A stretch of DNA of 64,000 nt from Candidatus Babeliales bacterium (GCA_050179755.1 JBFXEV010000001.1:137994-201993); one strand, 5' to 3'; counted from the first letter of the stretch, positions 19,944 through 30,091 are shown. Numbers and translations are program-made. The notes: generated by a model not told the origin, from the letters alone.

Positions 19944-21641
19944 ATGCGCCAAGGATTTTACTTGTTTAATTATTTCTTTTTCTTCTGTAGCATACTCTGC
20001 ACTACCACCAATCTATGGTGCATGCGAACCCAGCCATTTTTTAAAGTTGTTACAACTAATGATGGCAAAGAATATATGGCCCATCCTAAATTATTTGCAG
20101 CTTGTAACTCTGTTGTTCCTATCGACCCTACTGAACATATTTTTCCACTGAAAACGGTTTCAAGTACAGAATGGGAACCATTCGAGGCTTGTTTACAAGC
20201 ATTATTTAAAGAAGAAAGGACTATGCAACCTGCACAACAGCGCTCCTTAGGCGTGATTATAGGAGAGCAAGCTACCAATAAAAAAAGAGCTCGCGATATA
20301 CTTGCAGTAGCGCATTTATTTGGTCATGATCAACTTGTAGATGCCACCATGCAACTATGGGCAGATCGCAATTATGGCATGCCAGAGCAAATTTCTAGTG
20401 ATTCGCTACCGCATGAACTGGTCTACGATTTGCCAGCTGATGCACAAGAAGGGATAGCTCAAAAGGTACTTTATAGTACGCCTTTAGACCAAAAGTTACC
20501 AAAATGGGTAATAAAAATGAACATAAAACCGCGCACCATAAAACTTACACAGAGTTTATGGTCATGCGCAGCAAATAAACATTCTCAAGTTGCTGTAGGC
20601 TGCGTGGATGGTACAATTACCATTCTTGCTGATGAAACTGTTCAACGAAATTTTCCGGCGCATACCAAAGAAGTAAGCGATCTTCACTTTTGCCCCGATG
20701 GCAACTTTTTATTTTCTGCAGCGCAAGACAGCGTAATCAAAGTGTGGAATGCACAACAAGAATTTGCATTCGTTCGTGAATTTCAATTAAACAAACCGAC
20801 ACTTCCTTTTTCTATAGCGCTTAATACTCAAAATACGTTAATTGCAACACCACTTGACCAGGGTATACGCGTATTTGATGCCAACACCGATGATATTAAC
20901 TTTATACTAAATCCAAATAGTAAATCAGCCACCGTTATTTTTGACCAAACAGGTGCGCGCTTGATTGCAGATGCGCAACAAAGTACTATTGCAATTTTCA
21001 ATGTACAAACAGGAATACAGGAAGCAGCACTTGAAATCCAACAAAATATACCTCAGCGATTGCAATGTAATGCGCAAAATTCTTTGCTTGCAGCCGGTAT
21101 GAAATCTGGCCTTATATTTTTATGGAACCTTTCTGATTTTAGCTTACAAGCAACCTTTAATGCGCATGCAAATAAAATTTGGGCGATCGAATTTAGCCCT
21201 TGTAGTAGATTTTTATTCACGGCTTCTACAGATAAAACCGTTAAGATTTGGGATCTAGTCACCGTTAAATGTATAAAAACCTTTAACGTTAACACCGCCG
21301 TACATGATATGCGCCTTACCCCAGATTTAGAACTTATTATAGCGTGCAAAAACCGTGCCCTAAAATTCATTCCCATTAAAGACTTTCTTAAACAATATCA
21401 AAAACACTGCCATTATTTTAAAAACAAGACTACACTTGCACAGGCTCTTTTAATTCAAGAAGCTTTTACCAGAAAACAAGATAACCCGCTTGTGTTGACA
21501 CCCGAAGCTAGAGCAACATTAAGCACATTTGATCCAATTATTAAGGCTTTACTTCAAAAAGAATTACCATTCCAAAAAGCAACAAAGAAAAAAAGGAAAA
21601 CAGAAGATGAAAAAGATGCAGATTACGTTCCAGACAATTAA
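19944..21641 (+). CDS. Exported Skp1/BTB-like + WD40-repeat protein
   Basis: Signal peptide; ILAVAHLFGHDQL (Skp1-like); WD40 repeats AH...IKVWN, AH...TVKIWD; basic tail KKKRK. Confidence 0.8.
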   Translation: MRQGFYLFNYFFFFCSILCTTTNLWCMRTQPFFKVVTTNDGKEYMAHPKLFAACNSVVPIDPTEHIFPLKTVSSTEWEPFEACLQALFKEERTMQPAQQRSLGVIIGEQATNKKRARDILAVAHLFGHDQLVDATMQLWADRNYGMPEQISSDSLPHELVYDLPADAQEGIAQKVLYSTPLDQKLPKWVIKMNIKPRTIKLTQSLWSCAANKHSQVAVGCVDGTITILADETVQRNFPAHTKEVSDLHFCPDGNFLFSAAQDSVIKVWNAQQEFAFVREFQLNKPTLPFSIALNTQNTLIATPLDQGIRVFDANTDDINFILNPNSKSATVIFDQTGARLIADAQQSTIAIFNVQTGIQEAALEIQQNIPQRLQCNAQNSLLAAGMKSGLIFLWNLSDFSLQATFNAHANKIWAIEFSPCSRFLFTASTDKTVKIWDLVTVKCIKTFNVNTAVHDMRLTPDLELIIACKNRALKFIPIKDFLKQYQKHCHYFKNKTTLAQALLIQEAFTRKQDNPLVLTPEARATLSTFDPIIKALLQKELPFQKATKKKRKTEDEKDADYVPDN

Positions 21642-23376
21642 ACAAAATCTACTGGGCATACTATTCATCATTTCTTGCACAACAATGCCCTTGCACCAAG
21701 TTGATGGCACAATCACATGCTTTAGTAACGGCAAGCCAGTTTCACACCTTAAAACCACGTTGCAAACAGGACAACAACAAGTCATTGTAAAAACTAAAAT
21801 ATTAATGCCTTGTCTTGCACTAGCAGTACATATTGAAGAAGGGCAGGAGGTCATTCCATTACCCAACATACCACCATTTGAGCTTCTTCATGTAGCAGCA
21901 TGCCTGCAAGCGCATTATGAACTTATGCACGCTCGTTCAAAAGAAGAATATCAAGGAAAACGCCAACAACTTGATGCACAGCTTAATTCAGAAGAAAAAG
22001 TTCACACAGCGCTTATGGCAGCAAATTATTTAGATCATAAAGATCTGCGTGCTCGATGCGCATCCCTTTGGGCCACTAAAAATTACTCGCGCTCATTTAT
22101 GCAAGCTACGCCTGACGAAGTTGAATTTGAAATTGCACAGCGAAAACTTGAACAAACATCACTCCATGACGATATTGCCTATTGGATGGCTCAAAAAACT
22201 TGGATCAACCCCACAAGGACACTTAATCATAAGAACCGGTCAGTTTGGTCACTGGCTTCCAATAGCTCTGGCACGCAAGTTGCCGTTGGCGATTACTTGG
22301 GAAAAATTAGAGTATATGAGCAGGATCAAAAAGAACCTAGTATTAGCATACAAGCACATGCTACTGCCATCACTGATATAGCATTTAACGAAGATGATAC
22401 TTTGGTAGCCACTTGTGCAAGAGATGGCTCACTTCGTTTTTGGGATATTGAAACTAAAGCACAAAAATCGCAACTTGACAGCGACCATCCGCTTGCCCCC
22501 TATGCCTTTAAAACGCATTACAACACAGAGCAAATTGCCTATGATGAAGGATCTAACATTATAGTCGTAAACCCCGCCAATGACACAGAAAAAGTACTTG
22601 AAGGCCATAGTGATTATATTTGCTCTCTTGCTTTTAATAGTGAAGGCACCATGCTTGCATCAGGGGGGGAAGACTGCTCCATAAAACTCTGGGATCTTTC
22701 CACTGGTGCGTGCATGGCAACATTAATTTCTCATACAGAATCGGTGGCTTGCGTACAATTTAGCCCTGATGACAGTTTACTTGCAGCAGGATCTATGGAT
22801 GCTAGTATTTCTCTCTATGATGTTTCAACGCAAGAATTAGTTACAAAACTTGAAGGCCATAAGAACAAAGTTTGGTCGGTAATTATTTCAAACGATAATC
22901 AATTTTTATATTCTGCCTCAGTTGATGGCTCGATTAAAATCTGGCATTTGCCTACTGCGCGCTTGATTAAAAATTTAGTGACTTTTCCACGTACCCAGCT
23001 GCATGCAATGGTTTTGCAACCCAATGGCAGATTAGTTACTGCAGCATTAAATGGAGATATACAATTTTGGGATATCCCTACAATAATCCATCCCATACAA
23101 GCGCTGCAAAAGTATATGCAAAGCGACAGAAGTTTTGATCAAGCCCAATTGATTGTTGATGCTTATGATGCACCTCAAAAAGAGCCTCTTGATTGTTCAA
23201 CAAAGCGTGAACGAGCAAGAGCTTTTGAAACACTTAGACCTGAAATGCAAGACTTACTTATACACAACTTGCATGTAAAGCCCCCAAAGAAAAGAGTAAA
23301 ATCAAGAAAGAAAGGTTCACAAAATAGTTCATCACGCAAACGCGCTACCGCTGATGCAATTGAGCCATTCAAGTAA
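21607..23376 (+). CDS. Exported Skp1-like + WD40-repeat protein
   Basis: IPLPNI...LMAANYLD (Skp1 hallmark); canonical GH...WD repeats; basic tail PPKKRVKSRKK. Confidence 0.85.
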   Translation: MKKMQITFQTIKQNLLGILFIISCTTMPLHQVDGTITCFSNGKPVSHLKTTLQTGQQQVIVKTKILMPCLALAVHIEEGQEVIPLPNIPPFELLHVAACLQAHYELMHARSKEEYQGKRQQLDAQLNSEEKVHTALMAANYLDHKDLRARCASLWATKNYSRSFMQATPDEVEFEIAQRKLEQTSLHDDIAYWMAQKTWINPTRTLNHKNRSVWSLASNSSGTQVAVGDYLGKIRVYEQDQKEPSISIQAHATAITDIAFNEDDTLVATCARDGSLRFWDIETKAQKSQLDSDHPLAPYAFKTHYNTEQIAYDEGSNIIVVNPANDTEKVLEGHSDYICSLAFNSEGTMLASGGEDCSIKLWDLSTGACMATLISHTESVACVQFSPDDSLLAAGSMDASISLYDVSTQELVTKLEGHKNKVWSVIISNDNQFLYSASVDGSIKIWHLPTARLIKNLVTFPRTQLHAMVLQPNGRLVTAALNGDIQFWDIPTIIHPIQALQKYMQSDRSFDQAQLIVDAYDAPQKEPLDCSTKRERARAFETLRPEMQDLLIHNLHVKPPKKRVKSRKKGSQNSSSRKRATADAIEPFK

Positions 23377-24204
23377 TTCTTTGTAACCAAATTTTAAAGC
23401 CCACATATACGCTGTGTGGCCTAAGTTATTTGGCACATCAATCAATTCACTGAATGCCTGTTTATTATTTGTTGCCTCATAGACGTCGTTAAGTAGAGTA
23501 AGTATATATCGTTCTTTATGTTCTAATTGCATATCATAAGGCAATGCACATGAATACATAATAAGGCCATGCACAATCGTATTACCCAGCTGATCACGTA
23601 AACTAAACAATTGTTCTTCTTGCATGTATTTGAGTAGATTACTCACCATGCTGAAACTACCATTCCTTAAATTGCGCCACAGGTTGTGAGGATCTTTAAG
23701 CATTTCATACGTTTCCCATTCATATCCAAGTAATATTTGGCGAAAGGCTTTATCTTCTACGTAATCTCGTGCAGTTTTACCATATATATCTTTTATGCGT
23801 GGATCGGCACCAAACATATAGAGATATGCAGCAATATCCTGATATCCTTTTTGTACTGCATGAGTAAACACTGTTTGCCAATGAACATCTCGGCTAGTAA
23901 CGTAATACTTATCAAAATCTACTTTCTTTAAAATCGTATCAATTGTTTGTTCAATACCTTCTTTTTTTTCTTTTGGAGTATGTGTAGCATCAAGGGTATC
24001 AGCATGGTGCACTGCTGCAATTAACAATGTATATTCATGTTCATCTTTTGCTTTTTTTACATCATAATATTTTGATGCGTTAATAAGTTCACATGCCTCT
24101 TTGTAATGCCCTTCTTGAAAAAGCGTAAACGCCGTATGTACTTCTATTTTTGGGTTCATTATACCAAGGGATACTAAAAGGGAAATTAATAATTCATGCA
24201 ACAT
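23332..24204 (-). CDS. Exported ankyrin-repeat protein
   Basis: AAGGAG RBS; GADPRIKDIYGKTARD, DQLGNTIVH, NNLGHTAYMWA. Confidence 0.8.
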   Translation of the reverse strand: MLHELLISLLVSLGIMNPKIEVHTAFTLFQEGHYKEACELINASKYYDVKKAKDEHEYTLLIAAVHHADTLDATHTPKEKKEGIEQTIDTILKKVDFDKYYVTSRDVHWQTVFTHAVQKGYQDIAAYLYMFGADPRIKDIYGKTARDYVEDKAFRQILLGYEWETYEMLKDPHNLWRNLRNGSFSMVSNLLKYMQEEQLFSLRDQLGNTIVHGLIMYSCALPYDMQLEHKERYILTLLNDVYEATNNKQAFSELIDVPNNLGHTAYMWALKFGYKELLEWLNCISGSAFA

Positions 24205-24319
24205 TTTTTAACTCCTTATTATCGTTATTTACACTCTTATTTTAACAAATGAAGGTTTTATTGGACAATAATTAAATTATGTTTGATTGTTTTATGTTTT
24301 GATGCCAACAACGGTTACG

Positions 24320-24778
24320 TAGAAGTGCACCCGTTCATATACAATAGTTTATTGCTGGGCCACTACGCGTGGCAGCGCGCCCATCTTTTGGGTTGCCAAA
24401 AGATGGCGGAGAAAAACAAACTAGGAGGCATGCTATCCTCCTAGTTACCTCCCATAAGGTCTTTGCCGATTACTACTGTTATATTCTCTCTTGTTACTTT
24501 TTTCTTTGGATGTTCATTGTCAATATAACTTCCTAATTATTTGTGAGCCAGTTGACATCCATCCACCCACACAGAAATATGCATAGAAATTAAAATTAAG
24601 CGACGGCGAGATTTAACCAAGATGATTTAATAATCTAGTTGATAAGGTATGGGGAGCAGCGAGGGATAGCATGCCCTCGCTTGCTTTTTGCACCCTTTTT
24701 GGCACCAAAAAGGCGTGCGCCCGCCGCGGCGTAAGCGGCACCAGCGAAAAACAATTGTACAGATAAAGACTTTTTCTA
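24320..24778. mobile_element. MITE-like structured non-coding element, copy A
   Basis: Ends TAGAA...TTCTA; inverted three-hairpin modules start at 24355 (+) and 24744 (-); right ~200 nt homologous to 53055-53253. Confidence 0.65.
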
Positions 24779-24951
24779 AATACAGAATAAAACAGAATGC
24801 TTCTATGCCCTTCTTATGCTGATCGATACCGCCCAAAACAAACACTAAGAGCATAAGTGTCCAGGTTGTTCAAATCTATTTCACCATTATACCATTGCCC
24901 CTAAAACACTGATTCCTATATACTAAAAGTAAAGGGGAAAAGGAGATTATA

Positions 24952-25986
24952 ATGGCACAAAATTCTATAAAAAATATCATTATTGGCATAATCGCTCTCA
25001 ATCTCGTTGTAATCATCCACGAATTTGGCCATTTTGCAGCATGCAAACTTTTTGGCGTAAAAGTAAACACCTTTTCTATAGGCTTTCCACCAGTTATTGC
25101 TTCCACAAAAATAGGCGACACAACATATCAACTTGGCGCATTGCCCCTAGGCGGTTTTGTATCCCCTGATCCTCAAGGTGTACAAAAACTGCCATATATA
25201 AAGAAAATGATCATGGTACTTGCAGGTATTTTTATGAACTTTTTACTTGCATTCCTTATTTTATTTGCTCTCGCCCGCAGAACTAATCGAAAACCAATTC
25301 CCGTCATTGACACCGTGCTTCCGGATTCACCAGCAGCTCATGCTGGCCTGCAACCTGGCGATCGCTTTATAGCGATTAATAGCATTCCCTTTGATCAAGA
25401 AAACATAACTGAGCTATTGCAAACCATCTATAATTCAGGTGGTAAGCAAGTAACTTTTATTATTGAGCGTGATGGCAGAGAACTTACTGTTCCCGTACAT
25501 ATTACTAATCATAATCCATTGCTTGGTGATGGAGTTGGTACAGTTGGTGTATCGTTCCAGACTGAAAAAGTGCCTACTCCCACGCTCTGGGAATCAATCA
25601 CCCATACAAGAAAAAGTTTTTCTGCCCTCTTTGCAAGCATGGGGCCTACAGTTGCAAAAATGTTGCGTTCTAAAGGGAAAAACAATGGCGGCGTTATAGG
25701 GCCAATTGGTATTATGTCGTTACTTGGCAAAAGCTTGAGTTACGGACTTGCTACCTTTTTATATTTTATGGCAATCATAAGCTTTAATATAGGCGCTTTT
25801 AACCTGCTCCCCATCCCATTTCTTGATGGCGGAGTTGCAGCACAATATACCTTAGAAGCGCTCACCGGCACTCATCTGCCTCCAGCCATTGTAACGATTA
25901 TCTATATTATTTTTATAATGTTACTCGTTTTCATGATGATCCGTTTGACTGTCGGAGACGTGCGGCAATTACGCAGAAAAAGTTAG
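24952..25986 (+). CDS. rseP: RseP-like M50 intramembrane metalloprotease with PDZ domain
   Basis: HEFGH, FSIGF, PLGGFV, SPAAHAGLQPGD, NLLPIPFLDGG. Confidence 0.9.
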   Translation: MAQNSIKNIIIGIIALNLVVIIHEFGHFAACKLFGVKVNTFSIGFPPVIASTKIGDTTYQLGALPLGGFVSPDPQGVQKLPYIKKMIMVLAGIFMNFLLAFLILFALARRTNRKPIPVIDTVLPDSPAAHAGLQPGDRFIAINSIPFDQENITELLQTIYNSGGKQVTFIIERDGRELTVPVHITNHNPLLGDGVGTVGVSFQTEKVPTPTLWESITHTRKSFSALFASMGPTVAKMLRSKGKNNGGVIGPIGIMSLLGKSLSYGLATFLYFMAIISFNIGAFNLLPIPFLDGGVAAQYTLEALTGTHLPPAIVTIIYIIFIMLLVFMMIRLTVGDVRQLRRKS

Positions 25987-26065
25987 CCCTGTTGCACGGG
26001 ACTTAAAGCTCCACTACACTTTTAGGTAAAAGAGCTTTTTAACCTTCACCTCAGTAAAGGATTTT

Positions 26066-26560
26066 ATGAAGAAACTTGCCATTGCTCTATTATTTTGCGT
26101 ATGCCCACCCCTGTATAGCGCGTCTAACATTATTCCCTTGGAAAAATTAATGTTCTATTCCATAGTTGCTGATAATGCCAAAGAAAAACTAGCGCACGAA
26201 TATCCGGAATATACTGCTTGGCTTTCTGATACTAACGCTCTTTTGCTCCTTAACTTTATTACTACAACAGATAAGCCTGTGATTATTAAATTCGGTGCTG
26301 ACTGGTGCATGCCCTGCAAGAGCCTTGCACCCATTGTGCACGAAGCCGCTTTTGAATGCAGTAATGACGTCCTTATTATTGACATTAATATTGATGATGC
26401 GCCTACGATCCGCCAAATGTTTGATATTCAAACTATCCCTACCTTAATTTATTTTAAAAATGGCAAACAAAAGGATCGCACCCACTCTGTTAGTAAAGCA
26501 ACCCTACTTACTAAAATCAAACATTTAATTGACCTAAAAAGTCCTTTATTTACCCCGTAA
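26066..26560 (+). CDS. Exported thioredoxin-family protein
   Basis: Signal peptide; ADWCMPCK, IPTL. Confidence 0.85.
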   Translation: MKKLAIALLFCVCPPLYSASNIIPLEKLMFYSIVADNAKEKLAHEYPEYTAWLSDTNALLLLNFITTTDKPVIIKFGADWCMPCKSLAPIVHEAAFECSNDVLIIDINIDDAPTIRQMFDIQTIPTLIYFKNGKQKDRTHSVSKATLLTKIKHLIDLKSPLFTP

Positions 26561-26677
26561 AAATAGAAGACTTGTCCTGTATTAAAGCATTATTTCCGAC
26601 GCAAGATTTGCCCAGATAACAATAAAAAGGTATAGTAAAAAGTAGATAGTAACGTAGTAAAAAAGTAGGAATATCTA

Positions 26678-27187
26678 ATGAATAAAAATAGTATTTTTGC
26701 CCTTACCATGCTGGCAGCTACTTGGGGCTTAACATTAAATGTATGTGCAGGGCAAGCGGCTAACGTACAAGACATCAAACAATTAAGCGATGCTGGCATT
26801 CAGCCGCAAGACCTTAAAGTATATTTGCAAAAAAATGCACCCGATTTAGTAAAATTTGTGGGCACAACGCCTAGTAAGCTTGAAGTACAATTATTTACCA
26901 CTATTGCGCAATCAAAAAAGCCTGTAGTAGTTAAATTCTATATAAATGGATGTGGCCCCTGCAAGCAAATGGGTAGAATAGTGGAACAAGTTGCAAAAGA
27001 ACTTGGTGAAAGCATATTGGTAATTAATATAGAATCAACCGAAGCTACCCGCAATCTTATGCGCGTTTTGAATGCAAATGGAGTTCCTACGCTTGTTTTC
27101 TTTAAAGATGGCAAAAAAGTAGATCAATTTACCGGCACGCTCAGCGCACAAGAATTAACAGGTAAGCTTAAAAAGTTAGTGAACTAA
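26678..27187 (+). CDS. Exported thioredoxin-family protein
   Basis: Signal peptide; GCGPCK, VPTLVFFKDG. Confidence 0.85.
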   Translation: MNKNSIFALTMLAATWGLTLNVCAGQAANVQDIKQLSDAGIQPQDLKVYLQKNAPDLVKFVGTTPSKLEVQLFTTIAQSKKPVVVKFYINGCGPCKQMGRIVEQVAKELGESILVINIESTEATRNLMRVLNANGVPTLVFFKDGKKVDQFTGTLSAQELTGKLKKLVN

Positions 27188-27193
27188 ACTTTT

Positions 27194-27733
27194 ATGATAC
27201 ATCCCTGGCATACGCTCTCTCACGGCAAAGATGCACCTAAAATAGTTAATAGCATTATAGAAATTGCGCGTGAATCAAAAGCAAAATATGAACTAGATAA
27301 AGAAACGGGTTTCTTGCGCCTTGACCGTGTATTGCACACAGACTTGCGCTACCCGTTTCATTACGGTTTTATTCCTCAAACATATTGTGAAGATAAAGAC
27401 CCTCTTGATGTCATTGTGTTATGCTCTGAACCATTACTGCCTTTAAGCATAGTAGAAACCACGGTAGTAGGCGCTATTCACATGATAGATGGTGGTGAAC
27501 TAGATTATAAAATCATTGGCATTGCAACGCATGACCCATATGTGCAACGCATAAAGGATTTAAGCGATATTAACGCTGAACGCCTTGCCACCTTTAAATT
27601 CTTTTTTGAGCATTACAAGCAACAAGAAGCCAAAGAAGTTGTTATCAAAGGTTTTTTTAATAAAGAAGAAGCGCAACAGTTAGTACTTGATAGCATTCAA
27701 ATGTATAAAGATAAATTTCCCGCGCAACATTAA
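27194..27733 (+). CDS. ppa: Soluble family I inorganic pyrophosphatase
   Basis: KYELDK, LDRVL, YGFIPQT, DKDPLDV, MIDGGELDYKI. Confidence 0.93.
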   Translation: MIHPWHTLSHGKDAPKIVNSIIEIARESKAKYELDKETGFLRLDRVLHTDLRYPFHYGFIPQTYCEDKDPLDVIVLCSEPLLPLSIVETTVVGAIHMIDGGELDYKIIGIATHDPYVQRIKDLSDINAERLATFKFFFEHYKQQEAKEVVIKGFFNKEEAQQLVLDSIQMYKDKFPAQH

Positions 27734-27753
27734 TTCAACACCTAGGAATATAC

Positions 27754-28278
27754 ATGAAGAAAATACTAACCTGTCTTGCCCTTATTGCAACGCTTAACGT
27801 ACACAATGTATACAGCATGCAGGAAGAAGTTTCTGAATCTACTTTAGCTTTAGCCCAGGCACTCTATACAAAACCATCTGAATCATTCGAACTTATCCAC
27901 GCATTTGTTGCAGCGCGTAGAAGCAATATAGATCACGCAGATGCTTCTACCGGCAATACGTGGTTACATGTAGAAATTATAAATCTTTGTTGGGGGCAGG
28001 CACCCGCTCGTCTTATTACTATCGCAGCACTTCTTGCACATGGTGCTGATCGCACGAGGCAAAACAGCGAAGAATTAACGCCAGCAGCATGTGCCAACGA
28101 TGCACTTTATGAAAGTACATTAGGTACAAGTTCTGTGTTTACCGCTCACGCGCAGGCTGCACTTGATTTACTGCAAGAAGAAAAACCCACTAAGCAAACA
28201 CTCATTAATTTAGCCAAAAAGCACAAACTTACCACATTAATGCCATTGTTAACAGGTCAACATTCTAACTTTGTATAG
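27754..28278 (+). CDS. Exported degenerate ankyrin-repeat protein
   Basis: Signal VYS-MQE; TGNTWLH, LLAHGAD...NSEELTP. Confidence 0.7.
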   Translation: MKKILTCLALIATLNVHNVYSMQEEVSESTLALAQALYTKPSESFELIHAFVAARRSNIDHADASTGNTWLHVEIINLCWGQAPARLITIAALLAHGADRTRQNSEELTPAACANDALYESTLGTSSVFTAHAQAALDLLQEEKPTKQTLINLAKKHKLTTLMPLLTGQHSNFV

Positions 28279-28283
28279 TGACT

Positions 28284-28540
28284 ATGCAATATCTTAATAC
28301 TATTTTACTCTCTGTTATTGCTAGTACCTTTAATTGCAGAGCAATGGATAATGATAATAATAATATTCTCCGCTCTCACCCAAATCTACGCATGCTGCTG
28401 AACGCTGATTATCAAACGACTTGAGAGAATCTCGAGCATTGTTAGATGGCATAGAGAGAGAACGCTTATTAGATGCATTAGGAAGAACTCCACATTCGCC
28501 ACGCGAATCTTATGCAGCTATTGCCATATTTAATACAATA
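28284..28540 (+). pseudogene. Probable frameshifted remnant of an exported-protein gene
   Basis: MQYLNTILLSVIASTFNCRA-MDN stops at 28424; another frame continues with ankyrin-like DALGRTPH. Confidence 0.4.
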
Positions 28541-28541
28541 G

Positions 28542-29894
28542 TTACGCTTTACCTTCCAAATGTTTAATAAGGGTCGCAATTATTGGATTATTCAAACGAT
28601 CAGCATTGCCTCCAGAATCAGTAATAATATATTGGGTTTTGCCTTGTTGCTTATTAAGCACGAGCGAAATCCAATGTTCCTCACCCTGAGGGTAGCCGGG
28701 AATTCCTGCCATAAGGCCGACCACAAAACCATGCACAAATGTATCAGCGCGTGCGTACCGATCAGCAATTTCACGAATTTTTTCATTTTCTCCAAATCCG
28801 CGAGGATCATCGAGCAATGGCACATTCTCAATAATGGTAATTCCATCAAAAGTTACTGGCATTGCATAAAGTAACCCGCCCGCCTTTTGCTCAACGTCTA
28901 TTATTTGCTGTATTTGGTTTTCTTTAATCCAATCACCGTAATAATCTACTTGATTCATTACATTACTTATATTATACGATAATGCTGCACTAATCTGGGC
29001 AATGCCCTTATACTTTACCGGCTTGTTATCTACCGGAACATGCGTACCAAATTCTATTGTATCTTTCAACCGAGGCAAATACTGCGCAATAGCTTCATCT
29101 GATCTTACATATTCATTAAAATTAAAGTGTTCAAGACCCTCAATATCCCCGGAAATAGTCTGTTTGGAATTCTTAATAGCATCTATAAGTTCCCTTTTTG
29201 TGACAGGCTTTTTATAAAATCTATCATGTTCGGGAAAATCTGATGGCGCTTGCATGGTATTTGCCTGTATCTCAGTCATAATCTTTTGCATTAAATCTGG
29301 GCTAAATTTGTTTGTGAGAACACTTTGATAAAAACCTCGCATTTTTTCGCGAAACCTATCTTGCAACCCTTGATTTAATTGTTGTGCTGCCCGCGGCAAA
29401 GATGGCAGGTTTTCTTTATCTCTTGGATCATACAATAATTGCAATAACCTTTCATCGACTACCCATTTAATGACTCGTCGATACATACTTTGCAAAACTA
29501 GAACCCGCCAACGCCCCAACGGATTTTGTTTACTAAATAATTCTTGCGCAAGAGAAAGGCTCGTCAAATCGGCTAACGCTGCTTTGCCAAATATAATTCG
29601 AGGAATAAAAATTGCATTTTTGAGAGCCTGATAACCGCAACTTGCTCCACCACCATATTCTGGCCCTGCAAACTGATTAAGAACTGGCAATTGAACAATT
29701 TCTTGACCCCATACAATACTTTTTTGAGGACTATCAAAAAAATGCTGTGCTCGCGCTTGTCCACTAGTTTTTAAGTGTTGCTCAAGGCTATAAAGTGAGC
29801 GTGATAAATTTTGTAATTGTTCAGAAATTTGCGCACAAACGGTGTAAGGCACTATTAAGAATAAACTCAATGTGCTGATAAAAATTACTTGCAT
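28542..29894 (-). CDS. Exported papain-fold cysteine-protease-like protein (Cys-His-Asp); paralog of 60792-62117
   Basis: NQ...ASCGYQALKNA, EHWISLV...ITDSG, conserved in both paralogs. Confidence 0.65.
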   Translation of the reverse strand: MQVIFISTLSLFLIVPYTVCAQISEQLQNLSRSLYSLEQHLKTSGQARAQHFFDSPQKSIVWGQEIVQLPVLNQFAGPEYGGGASCGYQALKNAIFIPRIIFGKAALADLTSLSLAQELFSKQNPLGRWRVLVLQSMYRRVIKWVVDERLLQLLYDPRDKENLPSLPRAAQQLNQGLQDRFREKMRGFYQSVLTNKFSPDLMQKIMTEIQANTMQAPSDFPEHDRFYKKPVTKRELIDAIKNSKQTISGDIEGLEHFNFNEYVRSDEAIAQYLPRLKDTIEFGTHVPVDNKPVKYKGIAQISAALSYNISNVMNQVDYYGDWIKENQIQQIIDVEQKAGGLLYAMPVTFDGITIIENVPLLDDPRGFGENEKIREIADRYARADTFVHGFVVGLMAGIPGYPQGEEHWISLVLNKQQGKTQYIITDSGGNADRLNNPIIATLIKHLEGKA

Positions 29895-30010
29895 ACACTT
29901 CCTTAAAAATATTAAGTTACCATTAACTTTAACATTATAACAAATAGTATCAACGAATAACTATTTCTTTTCCGCAACAGATATTTTTTCACTAGTATAT
30001 TCCTAACAAC

Positions 30011-30037
30011 AAAAGGGGCGCTTTGTGCGCCCCTTTT
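30011..30037 (-). terminator. Intrinsic terminator downstream of nrdB
   Basis: AAAAGGGGCGC-TTTGT-GCGCCCCTTTT. Confidence 0.8.
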
Positions 30038-30061
30038 GCTTTTTAATCGCAGTCCAGTGAA

Positions 30062-30091
30062 CCCGCCCTCTACGCCAAGGCTACGCCGGGC
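30062..30091. repeat. REP-like palindrome, family 1
   Basis: CCCGCCCTCTACGCCAAGGCTACGCCGGGC; core is nearly the reverse complement of 52895-52919. Confidence 0.55.

Noticed and set aside
24320..24778. CRISPR array, tRNA or known riboswitch interpretation of the hairpin repeats
   Set aside because: No regularly spaced direct repeats, no cas genes, no cloverleaf or T-loop, and no riboswitch consensus that I recognise
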